Source: a virus
Taxonomy: Duplodnaviria > Caudoviricetes
Virus record (IMG/VR): IMGVR_UViG_3300042466_000580
Coordinates: 1 to 60,113 of that record
Reading direction: 5' to 3' (one strand)
DNA length: 60,113 nt
The notes under the pieces are model-generated. The model did not search any database. It was not told where the DNA came from and saw only the letters and a list, made by a program, of their open reading frames with translations. Positions within the stretch are counted from its first letter, which is position 1. The number at the start of each line of letters is the position of its first letter. The position numbers were made by a program, and so were the translations under genes. Positions 29,521-36,833 of the stretch are shown piece after piece.

Positions 29521-29787
29521 AGGGGTGTAATCCAGTTCTGGGATGGGGAAAAAGTCCGGGGGGGGAACTAACAGATAGGTGCGGGGGCGCGGGGGGGCTC
29601 GGGGGCCGCACACGCGATCACACGCCCGCGTTTCTTCGCCCGTGCGGGGATAGCCGCGAGCCTCCGCAAGCCCGCAGAACCGCAGCCACGGGCCTTGGCG
29701 GGCATTCCAGCGGGCGGGCGCGAGGGACCGCAGGGGAATCGTTGCCCCGTGGAACACTGTGGCAAGTTTTCGGCAGATTACACCCCT
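29521..29787. repeat. 12-bp inverted repeat AGGGGTGTAATC flanking a G-run-rich non-coding tract
   Basis: 29521-29532 is the exact reverse complement of 29776-29787. Confidence 0.7.
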
Positions 29788-29920
29788 TTCGGCTGACTAT
29801 CATCACCACCCCGATCATCATGCCCATCATTGTCGGCATGGTTTTCTGCCCGGTATCTGGCATGGTTTGGCTGGTATCGGCCAGACCATGATCGGAATCG
29901 GCCATCGTGCTTGGGTGCCT

Positions 29921-30028
29921 GCGCGGTGCTTTCCTGGGCTTGCCCGTGCGGTTCCTCATGGGCCTGTGCGGTGTCTTCCCCGGTTGGGTGTGCGGTGTCT
30001 TTCGTGCCCTCTCGCGTGCGCTGTCTTC
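29921..30028 (+). repeat. Five degenerate direct repeats, consensus GTGCGGTGTCTT
   Basis: Copies start at 29921, 29946, 29966, 29990 and 30016. Confidence 0.6.
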
Positions 30029-30044
30029 GTGTGTGTGTGCGCCT

Positions 30045-30079
30045 GGAATCTCCGGAGGAGATTTCGCCCTGTTGGTTGG
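30045..30079 (+). repeat. CGGAG-hairpin + CCCTGTTGG element, copy 1
   Basis: GGAATCTC-CGGAG-GAGATTTC-GCCCTGTTGGTTGG. Confidence 0.85.
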
Positions 30080-30134
30080 TGTCGGCAATCGACCACTCCG
30101 GTCGGTGCGGCAACCACAATCGGGGAGCGATGCA

Positions 30135-30479
30135 ATGCGGATCATTGAGCAACGGCTATGCGATGCGGTGAGAGCGGGGCGACCATTTCGGTCTGGCAAC
30201 ACTGTGGCCCGGGTCATGGTGACGGGTGGCTTTCGGGTGGAACTGCACGGGAATGCGATTGCTTGGGCGGCGGGGCGAAAGCCTGACGGGACGTTCCACG
30301 GTGTGACCATCGACCACTGTGGGTGGAAGACTGCGACCACCAAAAGCCGGATCAATGCCCTTCTGAGCGGCATCGGCATCAACAAGCGGGTCTATCAACG
30401 CGACGGGGCTTGGTTCATTTCCGACTTCGGCCTGCGGGGGCATTCGGACACTCCATTCGACCGCTATCACACGCTGTAG
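30135..30479 (+). CDS. Early hypothetical protein
   Basis: MRIIEQRL...ELHGNAIA...CGWKTATTKSRINALL; GGAG RBS. Confidence 0.8.
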   Translation: MRIIEQRLCDAVRAGRPFRSGNTVARVMVTGGFRVELHGNAIAWAAGRKPDGTFHGVTIDHCGWKTATTKSRINALLSGIGINKRVYQRDGAWFISDFGLRGHSDTPFDRYHTL

Positions 30480-30491
30480 TCACGCCCGCCT

Positions 30492-30524
30492 ACTCCACGG
30501 AGTGGAGTTCGCCCTGTTGGTTGG
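30492..30524 (+). repeat. CGGAG-hairpin element, copy 2
   Basis: ACTCCA-CGGAG-TGGAGT-TCGCCCTGTTGGTTGG. Confidence 0.85.
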
Positions 30525-30559
30525 CATCACCCCGAATTGGCCGATGGGGTTACTCGGCT

Positions 30560-30602
30560 CCCCCGGTGGATCACGTTGATTCACCGGGGGTTTTCTTTTC
30601 TT
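30560..30602 (+). terminator. Intrinsic terminator
   Basis: CCCCCGGTGGATC/GATTCACCGGGGG stem followed by TTTTCTTTTCTT. Confidence 0.75.
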
Positions 30603-30620
30603 CACGCAAAGGGATCACGC

Positions 30621-30860
30621 ATGTACCACGACATCATCACTGACGATCAGGACATCATCGGCACGGTCGAAATCTTCAAGTTCGACGGTGTGCGGGTTTG
30701 CGAGGGCGATTGCTGGGCTGACGAAGACGGCGAAACCCTCCCCGCCGGTTGGTACTGGTGGACCTGCGTCCCCGGTTGCCTGCCCGATTCTGACCCATTC
30801 GGCCCCTTCGCCACGAAGACGAAAGCAATGGACGCCGCGGAGCGTTCCTATCTGGACTGA
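30621..30860 (+). CDS. Early hypothetical protein
   Basis: 'GWYWWTCVPGCLPDSDPFGPF'; RBS present. Confidence 0.75.
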   Translation: MYHDIITDDQDIIGTVEIFKFDGVRVCEGDCWADEDGETLPAGWYWWTCVPGCLPDSDPFGPFATKTKAMDAAERSYLD

Positions 30861-30869
30861 CGCCCGCAT

Positions 30870-30903
30870 GACTCTCCGGAGGAGAGTTCACCCTGTTGGA
30901 TGG
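30870..30903 (+). repeat. CGGAG-hairpin element, copy 3
   Basis: GACTCTC-CGGAG-GAGAGTT-CACCCTGTTGGATGG. Confidence 0.85.
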
Positions 30904-30905
30904 TG

Positions 30906-30954
30906 GCGGTTGGCTGACGGAAGCCTTTCCCCGGTTCGACTCCGGGGCACCGCA
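30906..30954 (+). ncRNA. tRNA-like element lacking an anticodon arm
   Basis: GCGGT/ACCGC closing stem; GGCT-GACGGA-AGCC arm; CCCCGG-TTCGACT-CCGGGG T-arm. Confidence 0.55.
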
Positions 30955-30991
30955 CTGGTTACGGGTTCGATTACACACTGAGGGCACCATC

Positions 30992-31297
30992 ATGGGCAAA
31001 ATCACGCTTGATACCGACGTTTGCGGCGGGGCTTACTGCCTCATCGTCAATGACGATGGTTCGGACATTCTCATTCAGTCCGATTGGGACTTGCCAGGGG
31101 TTGCTTCCACGTTTGGGTGGAGCGTTCGGGATGTGAAAACGCCGGGACGGGACTGCGACCACCACGGGACTGACGGCACGGTGGATTGCCCAGAGTGCGG
31201 GCTGAAAGCCGGGACATTCATCAGCGAAGCTGGCGACTGGATCAACAGTAACGACGGTGCGTCCGTTGATGACCCGGGCTATTTCGATGGCGAGTAA
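30992..31297 (+). CDS. Early hypothetical protein (Cys/His motif)
   Basis: MGKITLD...CDHHGTDGTVDCPECG. Confidence 0.75.
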   Translation: MGKITLDTDVCGGAYCLIVNDDGSDILIQSDWDLPGVASTFGWSVRDVKTPGRDCDHHGTDGTVDCPECGLKAGTFISEAGDWINSNDGASVDDPGYFDGE

Positions 31298-31300
31298 CCA

Positions 31301-31353
31301 AGCCGAAACCGGGGAAACCCGGTCTGTCCGTAATGCGGGCACTGAAGATGGCT
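31301..31353 (+). ncRNA. Hammerhead ribozyme, type II (extra U after A9)
   Basis: AGCC-GAAA-CCGGG(GAAA)CCCGG-TC^-TGTCCG(TAATG)CGGGCA-CTGAAGA-T-GGCT; predicted cleavage after C31324. Confidence 0.85.
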
Positions 31354-31376
31354 ACACACACACAAGGGGTATCACA

Positions 31377-31784
31377 ATGGCTGAAACGCTGACGATTGGC
31401 GACGTTACCATCACGGTCTGCGGGCAGGATCGGGATTACGAGGGCCGCACTTGCTACGAGGTGTCGATTGCCTTCCCAGAGGGCTATTCCTACACCGACA
31501 AGCAGGGGGAAACGCAGTTTATCGACCGGGGTTTTATTCACCGGGAACGTGACCTGCGATCTGGCTGCCAAGGCGGGACTGAGCGGGAGGGGATGGAAAG
31601 CCTGCTTTCCTTCCTGACGGCGGCGGCGGAAGCCTACCGCTACACCATGCGGACGGGCCGCGAGAGCGACAACAGCGACCTTTTCCCGGCCTTCATCGTG
31701 GAATGGGCACACCAAAACGACAGCGAAATTCAGTCTGTCCAGTGCATGTACGAGTTCGACCGCTCGGGTGAAAGCCTCGCGTAA
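31377..31784 (+). CDS. Early hypothetical protein
   Basis: MAETLTIGD...; AAGGGG RBS. Confidence 0.75.
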   Translation: MAETLTIGDVTITVCGQDRDYEGRTCYEVSIAFPEGYSYTDKQGETQFIDRGFIHRERDLRSGCQGGTEREGMESLLSFLTAAAEAYRYTMRTGRESDNSDLFPAFIVEWAHQNDSEIQSVQCMYEFDRSGESLA

Positions 31785-31815
31785 TCAACGGAGTTGATTT
31801 CACCCTGTTGGATGG
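31783..31815 (+). repeat. CGGAG-hairpin element, copy 4
   Basis: AATCAA-CGGAG-TTGATT-TCACCCTGTTGGATGG. Confidence 0.85.
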
Positions 31816-31816
31816 C

Positions 31817-31863
31817 AGCGACGTTGGTTGACCGCAAAGTGGGTTCGATTCCCACTTGTCGCT
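31817..31863 (+). ncRNA. tRNA-like element lacking an anticodon arm
   Basis: 7-bp AGCGACG/TGTCGCT acceptor-like stem; short TTG..CAA arm; AGTGGG-TTCGATT-CCCACT T-arm. Confidence 0.6.
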
Positions 31864-31897
31864 CTGGTTCGATTGTTCACACCCTTGGAGAGCGACC

Positions 31898-32278
31898 ATG
31901 ACAAAGCGAGAAGAAATCGACGCGGTGAAAGCGTTCGTTGCCAGCCTGCCCCGGGATTCCTATGCCCGGGATGCACTGGAGCCGTTCCTGATGGAGTTTG
32001 AGAAGGGTGTCTATGCGGACTACGTTCCGACCGTTCACGACTCATGGCGGCACCGCCGGGAGGCTGACGAGGAAGCCGGTCAAGCGAGGAAGGTGCTGGC
32101 TGCGGTCAAGGAAGAAATCAAGCAGGCCAAAGCACGACTGCGTAATTGCTGCGTCGGCATGGGCACCCTGCTCGACCGGGCGAAGCAACTTCAGCACTCC
32201 ATCGACAACACGGCGGAAACCCTGAAGGGGCTGCACGGTGCGGCGGATGCACTCAACGAACGGATCGCCAGCATATAG
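31898..32278 (+). CDS. Early coiled-coil hypothetical protein
   Basis: MTKREEIDAV...; GGAG RBS. Confidence 0.75.
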   Translation: MTKREEIDAVKAFVASLPRDSYARDALEPFLMEFEKGVYADYVPTVHDSWRHRREADEEAGQARKVLAAVKEEIKQAKARLRNCCVGMGTLLDRAKQLQHSIDNTAETLKGLHGAADALNERIASI

Positions 32279-32327
32279 CGAAACCGGGGAAACCCGGTCT
32301 GTGGGTGTGACCCACACTGATGAGCTA
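32276..32327 (+). ncRNA. Hammerhead ribozyme, type II (canonical core)
   Basis: TAGC-GAAA-CCGGG(GAAA)CCCGG-TC^-TGTGGG(TGTGA)CCCACA-CTGATGA-GCTA; predicted cleavage after C32299. Confidence 0.92.
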
Positions 32328-32345
32328 CACACAAAAGGATCAACC

Positions 32346-32738
32346 ATGAAATTCGACCGGAAATTCGCCCAGTTTGTATGCGTTGGGGACACGATCAAGG
32401 CAGACGTTACTGACAAGTTGCAACTCGTTGCCACTCTCGTCTTCGACAGCGACTGCGACCCGCAAAACGAGGGCTGGTATGACGAGCCAGACGTTGAGCG
32501 GTGGAAGAATGACGAGTGGCATTTCGTGGGGGTTGTGTTGTCCGTTCAATCGCACGACGGCACGATCAAGAGGAACCTCGGCTCCCTCTGGGGAAACGAG
32601 GCCAACCTCAGGGACAATAACGACCACCTGACAGACGTTGCCAATGAGTTGATTGACGAGCGGGAAATCGTGGCCGCACTGCGGGAGATTTACGAGCCCG
32701 TAACCCGGGCGATTAAGACTCTCACACACACAGCCTAA
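32346..32738 (+). CDS. Early acidic hypothetical protein
   Basis: MKFDRKF...WKNDEWHFVGVVL...SLWG; AAGGA RBS. Confidence 0.75.
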   Translation: MKFDRKFAQFVCVGDTIKADVTDKLQLVATLVFDSDCDPQNEGWYDEPDVERWKNDEWHFVGVVLSVQSHDGTIKRNLGSLWGNEANLRDNNDHLTDVANELIDEREIVAALREIYEPVTRAIKTLTHTA

Positions 32739-32765
32739 CGGAGTTAGGCACGACCCTCTGGTTGG
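32733..32765 (+). repeat. CGGAG-hairpin element, copy 5 (variant)
   Basis: GCCTAA-CGGAG-TTAGGC-ACGACCCTCTGGTTGG. Confidence 0.75.
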
Positions 32766-32781
32766 TATCGGTTGGATGACG

Positions 32782-32813
32782 GCCCCGGCAATTTCGCCGG
32801 GGCTTTTCTTTTT
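32782..32813 (+). terminator. Intrinsic terminator
   Basis: GCCCCGGC-AATTTC-GCCGGGGC followed by TTTTCTTTTT. Confidence 0.8.
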
Positions 32814-32826
32814 CACGGGGCACACC

Positions 32827-33105
32827 ATGCAAACGCAATGGGAATGGACACGGGTCAACAACGACACGAACGGCAATGGCCGGTTCGTCTGCCACTTCCT
32901 GCCACTGGTGCGGGACATGGCTGGCAAGGGATGGGGCACCAACAGCTTGTACAAGCTGGCCTGCAAGCGGGCCAACAAGCTGGGCGGTCGCAAGTACCAC
33001 ACGAAATCGTTCGGTGGTGGGGTGGTTTTCCAAGCGTATTCCAGCACGTTGCCGGACTTGGAGCGACGGATTCTTGAACTGCAAACCGAAGGGGGTGACG
33101 CATGA
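32827..33105 (+). CDS. Early hypothetical phage protein
   Basis: 'RVNNDTNGNGRFVCHFL...GGRKYHTKSFGGGVVFQ'. Confidence 0.75.
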   Translation: MQTQWEWTRVNNDTNGNGRFVCHFLPLVRDMAGKGWGTNSLYKLACKRANKLGGRKYHTKSFGGGVVFQAYSSTLPDLERRILELQTEGGDA

Positions 33106-33608
33106 GCAGCATGGCATATGACGAACTGACCGAAATCGCCGGGGAGTATGGGCTGACACTCACGTTTGAGTTCATGCCACAGGTCTTCCCCGAAGACACC
33201 AAGTCCACGGACATGAGCATGAAATGGCTGGTGACTGTGCGGCATCGGGGCAACCCGTTGCTGGCCACCACCTACACCCAAGGGGTGGCTCACTGCCCGT
33301 CCTATTCGGGCGTCAAGTGGGGACGGGGCCTGACCGTTGCCCAGCTTGAGAACCTGCGGCGTGACTGTGCCAGCCCGCAGCCCAAGGGTGGGCCGAAGGA
33401 ACCGCTGACCGCTCTGTGGTGCATCGCTTCCGACTGCCAGACGGTGATGGACGGTGGATCGTTTGAGGGATGGGCCCGTGAGCTTGGCTATGACACGGAC
33501 TCCCGCAAGGCGGAAGGCATCTATGACGAGTGCGTTCGCCAGTACCTGAAGCTGAAGCAGGCCATCGGTGACGAGGGCATCCTGACTCTGGCTGCGGTCG
33601 AACTGTGA
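33102..33608 (+). CDS. Early hypothetical protein
   Basis: 'SFEGWARELGYDTDSRKAE.IY..C'; ATGA overlap. Confidence 0.8.
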   Translation: MSSMAYDELTEIAGEYGLTLTFEFMPQVFPEDTKSTDMSMKWLVTVRHRGNPLLATTYTQGVAHCPSYSGVKWGRGLTVAQLENLRRDCASPQPKGGPKEPLTALWCIASDCQTVMDGGSFEGWARELGYDTDSRKAEGIYDECVRQYLKLKQAIGDEGILTLAAVEL

Positions 33609-33690
33609 CGGCACCCTGCCACCCCCTCTGTTCAGAGCAGAGGGGAGAGTTGGGGATCGTTTGAGTTACACACACGAAAGGAAACGCACG

Positions 33691-33870
33691 ATGATTCTCG
33701 GGAAAAGCAGTGAACTGCGGAACTACAGGGGCTTTGTTTATGACGGCGGGCACGGCGGGCCGTATTGGATTGTCGGCTGCTTGTCGGCGGGCACGTTCAG
33801 CAACCTCGCTGACCTTCGCCGGTACGTTGACGAGAACCTTTGGGTCTGCCCAAGAAATGCTGGCGGCTGA
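33691..33870 (+). CDS. Small early protein
   Basis: AAGGA RBS; MILGKSSE... Confidence 0.6.
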   Translation: MILGKSSELRNYRGFVYDGGHGGPYWIVGCLSAGTFSNLADLRRYVDENLWVCPRNAGG

Positions 33871-33905
33871 CTGAACACACATCCCATTACACGACGAGGT
33901 GACGA

Positions 33906-34124
33906 ATGACCCTGAAAACGACGGTCGAACTGACGAGGGGTGAGCTTGGCATCCTTGCCGCTGCCACCCTTGGCGAGTGGACAGAGGCGGATAGGTTGCG
34001 GATAGATGGCAACCGCGACGGTTGGTATGACAAGAAAGCGAAGGAGCGGGTGGAAGTCCACCTGTACGAGACTGACAAGCTGTTCAACAAACTTAGGAAC
34101 CTAATCAAGGAGATGGACGCATGA
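33906..34124 (+). CDS. Small early protein
   Basis: GAGGTG RBS; 72 aa. Confidence 0.7.
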   Translation: MTLKTTVELTRGELGILAAATLGEWTEADRLRIDGNRDGWYDKKAKERVEVHLYETDKLFNKLRNLIKEMDA

Positions 34125-34405
34125 GCAAGCACACACCGGGACCGTGGGATACTGGGGCGGGCGACATGACTGTTCGCCTCAACCGTCTGGCCGATGAGAT
34201 TGCCAATCGGTTTGGCGACCACTCTGACCGTCAGGTCGAGGGCAATGCTGCCCTGCTCTTGGCTGCCCCCGAGCTACTGGCTGCGCTGAAGGAGGTGGCA
34301 GAAGGTTGTGAGTCCAGACTGCGAAAGGGCAAGGACAGCGGCGATCTGGAAACGCTGCGTCTGTGCCGTGCCGCAATCAACAAGGCAGAAGGGAGGGGTG
34401 AGTGA
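34121..34405 (+). CDS. Phage protein of the 'HTPGPW...NA.L.AAAPELL' type
   Basis: Motifs at both ends are typical of a widespread phage hypothetical family. Confidence 0.8.
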   Translation: MSKHTPGPWDTGAGDMTVRLNRLADEIANRFGDHSDRQVEGNAALLLAAPELLAALKEVAEGCESRLRKGKDSGDLETLRLCRAAINKAEGRGE

Positions 34406-34475
34406 GCGACAACCTATGGGCCTTGCTAGTGGCGGGCCTGATGGTGCTGCACCTCATGTGTAGTGAGTGACACAC

Positions 34476-34509
34476 GACTGTTCGGAGAACAGTTCACCCT
34501 GTTGGTTGG
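34476..34509 (+). repeat. CGGAG-hairpin element, copy 6
   Basis: GACTGTT-CGGAG-AACAGTT-CACCCTGTTGGTTGG. Confidence 0.85.
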
Positions 34510-34515
34510 TATCGA

Positions 34516-34548
34516 CCCTCGGCAATTCCGCCGGGGGTTTTTCTTTTT
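34516..34548 (+). terminator. Intrinsic terminator
   Basis: CCCTCGGC-AATTCC-GCCGGGGG followed by TTTTTCTTTTT. Confidence 0.8.
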
Positions 34549-34565
34549 CACAAAGGAACTTTGAC

Positions 34566-34979
34566 ATGGCGACGAGCGACATCATTGCGGCGATGGCAGC
34601 GGGCACCACGGCGACGGCAACCAAGACGGTGGGCAAGGGTAAGCGGGCGGTCGAGGTGACCATCACCCGTACTGCCCCGGCGGTGGTGGTGGTGGACGAG
34701 ACTGTGACCGACGAGCCGGTCAGCTACACCGGCAAGCTGCCAGTGGATGAGGGCAAGGTGGTAACCGAAATCCTCCCCGGCTTGTCTCTTGTCCGGTACT
34801 CGCGTGGCTACACGGCACTGCGGGTGAAGGGCAAGGCATGGGGTGGTAACAAGGTGACGATTGGCAGGCCGCTCTGGCGGGAAGACTTGCTCGCCCTTGG
34901 CCGTGCCCTCCTGGCGGATGCAGAGGGAGCCCTGTCCTACGATGAGGCCCACGGCAAAGAAGAAGTTGTGCCGTTCTGA
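34566..34979 (+). CDS. Hypothetical protein
   Basis: MATSDII...; AAGGA RBS; acidic C-terminus ending PF. Confidence 0.75.
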   Translation: MATSDIIAAMAAGTTATATKTVGKGKRAVEVTITRTAPAVVVVDETVTDEPVSYTGKLPVDEGKVVTEILPGLSLVRYSRGYTALRVKGKAWGGNKVTIGRPLWREDLLALGRALLADAEGALSYDEAHGKEEVVPF

Positions 34980-35003
34980 ACACATACCACAAGGAGATTC
35001 GAC

Positions 35004-35495
35004 ATGGCAGCGTTAGACCCAAGGCCGGTGAAGGAAAGGATTCTGTCCAGCATCTCCAAGCCTGACGGGGAGGGCGGGTGCTGGGTTTGGCAGGGAGTAA
35101 CACTTCCCCGTGGGTACGGTCAGATCAGCGTCCACTCTCAAAGGCATTACGCCCATCGACTGTCTTACGAGACTTTTGTTGGGCCTATCCCTGACGGCTT
35201 GGACATCATGCACCTGTGCGACAACCCGTCTTGCGTCAACCCGGCTCATCTGACACCGGGTACACGCAAGAGAAACATGAATGACGCATCTTTGAAGGGA
35301 CGAGTCCCGCATGGGGAGAGGCACTGGGGTGCAAAGCTGACAGAAGACAAAGCGCGTGAGTTGATTGCGGTCAGGGATCGGGACGGTCTGTCTTACAGAA
35401 ATCTGGCCAAGCTGTTTGGCATCAGCACGATGCAGGCTTGCCGGATATGCACGGGAAAGAGGTGGGCTGGTCTTTCAAGAAAGGAGGACGAGTAA
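35004..35495 (+). CDS. HNH homing endonuclease
   Basis: 'CWVWQG...GYGQI...AHRLSY...MHLCDNPSCVNPAHL..GT...N' plus HTH. Confidence 0.9.
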   Translation: MAALDPRPVKERILSSISKPDGEGGCWVWQGVTLPRGYGQISVHSQRHYAHRLSYETFVGPIPDGLDIMHLCDNPSCVNPAHLTPGTRKRNMNDASLKGRVPHGERHWGAKLTEDKARELIAVRDRDGLSYRNLAKLFGISTMQACRICTGKRWAGLSRKEDE

Positions 35496-35704
35496 TGATC
35501 CGATTCGATTCCCCCATCCTCACCGCATCACAAGCGGCGAAGGTGGCGGGCTGTTCGGACAACTACATGCGGCGGTTGCTGGATGGCGGCAAGGCCACCG
35601 GGTACTACACCGGAACGGTCTGGCTGATGGAACTGAACGAGGCACTGAGGGTTCGCGGTGAACTTACGGTGCGGTCAATAGGCAAACGAAAGGCAGGCAA
35701 GTGA
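35495..35704 (+). CDS. Excisionase-like helix-turn-helix protein
   Basis: 'ILTASQAAKVAGCSDNYMRRLLDGG...G.VWL'. Confidence 0.7.
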   Translation: MIRFDSPILTASQAAKVAGCSDNYMRRLLDGGKATGYYTGTVWLMELNEALRVRGELTVRSIGKRKAGK

Positions 35705-36048
35705 TGAACGATAGATACAGGATGTGTCACATGACGCCGAAGGTAAGCGTGGAGTTGGAGTCCGGGGACACAGCGGAGCTTACGCTCGGTGACTGCATGA
35801 GGGTGATAAACCAACTCATGCACCACAAGTTCCTACAGTTTGACGTTGACCTGCCGCGAACGCTGATGGGCAGGGATATTGCAGAGTGGGAACAGGTCGG
35901 TGTTCACGGGACTGGTGAGTCTTGCTGGCAGTACGAGGACGATCTCGACAACCTGACCATCACTCTCCAGCTTGACGAGATCACTGCGATTGGTGGCCTG
36001 CCCCGGGAGGAGTTCCGTAACATCCCTAAAGAGAAGGAGGTGGAGTGA
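35701..36048 (+). CDS. Hypothetical protein
   Basis: Coupled ORF, 115 aa. Confidence 0.65.
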   Translation: MMNDRYRMCHMTPKVSVELESGDTAELTLGDCMRVINQLMHHKFLQFDVDLPRTLMGRDIAEWEQVGVHGTGESCWQYEDDLDNLTITLQLDEITAIGGLPREEFRNIPKEKEVE

Positions 36049-36368
36049 TGGCAAAGAAGCCAAGCCGGGGCCGTGAGTACAAGGCGCAGCGTGAGTTCCT
36101 CATGCTGCAAGTACAGCGGGCTTTGATCCGGGGAATCTTGCGGCTGCATGACAAGGGCTGGACCCCCGACGAGATCGCAGCTTCGGTCGATGTGATGATG
36201 AAGGCCATCGGTGACACGATGGTCAAAGACCTTGCAACCAACGGGGAGATTGACCCCAAGACCTACGAGTTCACGATCCGCAGCGTGGAGTCGGTGATCA
36301 GCGCGGACAAGTATGCGGAAACCGTGGCCGATTGCTTTGAGGAAATGAAACGAAAGGAAGGTAAGTGA
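36045..36368 (+). CDS. Hypothetical protein
   Basis: Coupled ORF, 107 aa. Confidence 0.65.
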   Translation: MMAKKPSRGREYKAQREFLMLQVQRALIRGILRLHDKGWTPDEIAASVDVMMKAIGDTMVKDLATNGEIDPKTYEFTIRSVESVISADKYAETVADCFEEMKRKEGK

Positions 36369-36685
36369 TGAGAACGACGATGACTCTGGTGCTGGCACTG
36401 GTAGCTGGCACAGCGTTCGGTCAGTACCCCTATGCCATACCACCGGCATGGGGATACATGAATAAGAACGAGGCCATGAGGCAGCAACAGTTTGAGAATC
36501 AGCGGTGGCAACGTGAGCAGCGGGAGAAGGAAGCGAACTACCTATGGGGCGGCGACCCTATGGAGTACGCAGAGCGAGGTGCCCGCATTCGGATGATGAA
36601 GGAACAGACCCGGACCCTGCGGTTGCAGAATGACTACCGCGAGAAGACGGGGAACTTCCTCATCGACAACAATCCGTTCAGGTAG
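36365..36685 (+). CDS. Secreted hypothetical protein
   Basis: Signal peptide MRTTMTLVLALVAGTAFG. Confidence 0.65.
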   Translation: MMRTTMTLVLALVAGTAFGQYPYAIPPAWGYMNKNEAMRQQQFENQRWQREQREKEANYLWGGDPMEYAERGARIRMMKEQTRTLRLQNDYREKTGNFLIDNNPFR

Positions 36686-36714
36686 TTGACGTATACGCTT
36701 GTATACTGTATCGT
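36686..36714 (+). promoter_or_regulatory. Sigma70-like promoter TTGACG-N17-TATCGT
   Basis: Intergenic, near-consensus; predicted start falls just before hairpin copy 7. Confidence 0.55.
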
Positions 36715-36725
36715 GTGTGTGCGTT

Positions 36726-36756
36726 ACTGTTCGGAGAACAGTTCGCCCTGTTGGTT
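36726..36756 (+). repeat. CGGAG-hairpin element, copy 7
   Basis: ACTGTT-CGGAG-AACAGT-TCGCCCTGTTGGTT. Confidence 0.85.
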
Positions 36757-36775
36757 AGTAGCAACGATGGACTTG

Positions 36776-36813
36776 GCCCCGGCAGCACTTCGCTGTCCGG
36801 GGCTTTTTGTTTT
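36776..36813 (+). terminator. Intrinsic terminator
   Basis: GCCCCGGCAGC/GCTGTCCGGGGC stem followed by TTTTTGTTTT. Confidence 0.75.
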
Positions 36814-36833
36814 CACACCCAAAGGAATTGACC

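Noticed and set aside
29425-30385. ORFs across the 29.5-30.1 kb region on both strands
   Set aside because: Arg/Pro-rich GC-driven shadow frames with no RBS or motifs
30906-31863. Bona fide tRNA genes
   Set aside because: Only ~48 nt each, with no anticodon arm and no CCA; reported as tRNA-like elements instead
32340-33614. 424-aa minus-strand ORF and other long antisense ORFs (e.g. 19870-20934, 22465-23385, 36813-37679)
   Set aside because: Antisense shadows of well-supported genes in high-GC DNA
30045-36813. CRISPR array or integron attC interpretation of the early repeats
   Set aside because: The repeats are separated by whole genes at irregular distances, no cas genes are present, and the stems are short and lack attC RYYYAAC/GTTRRRY ends
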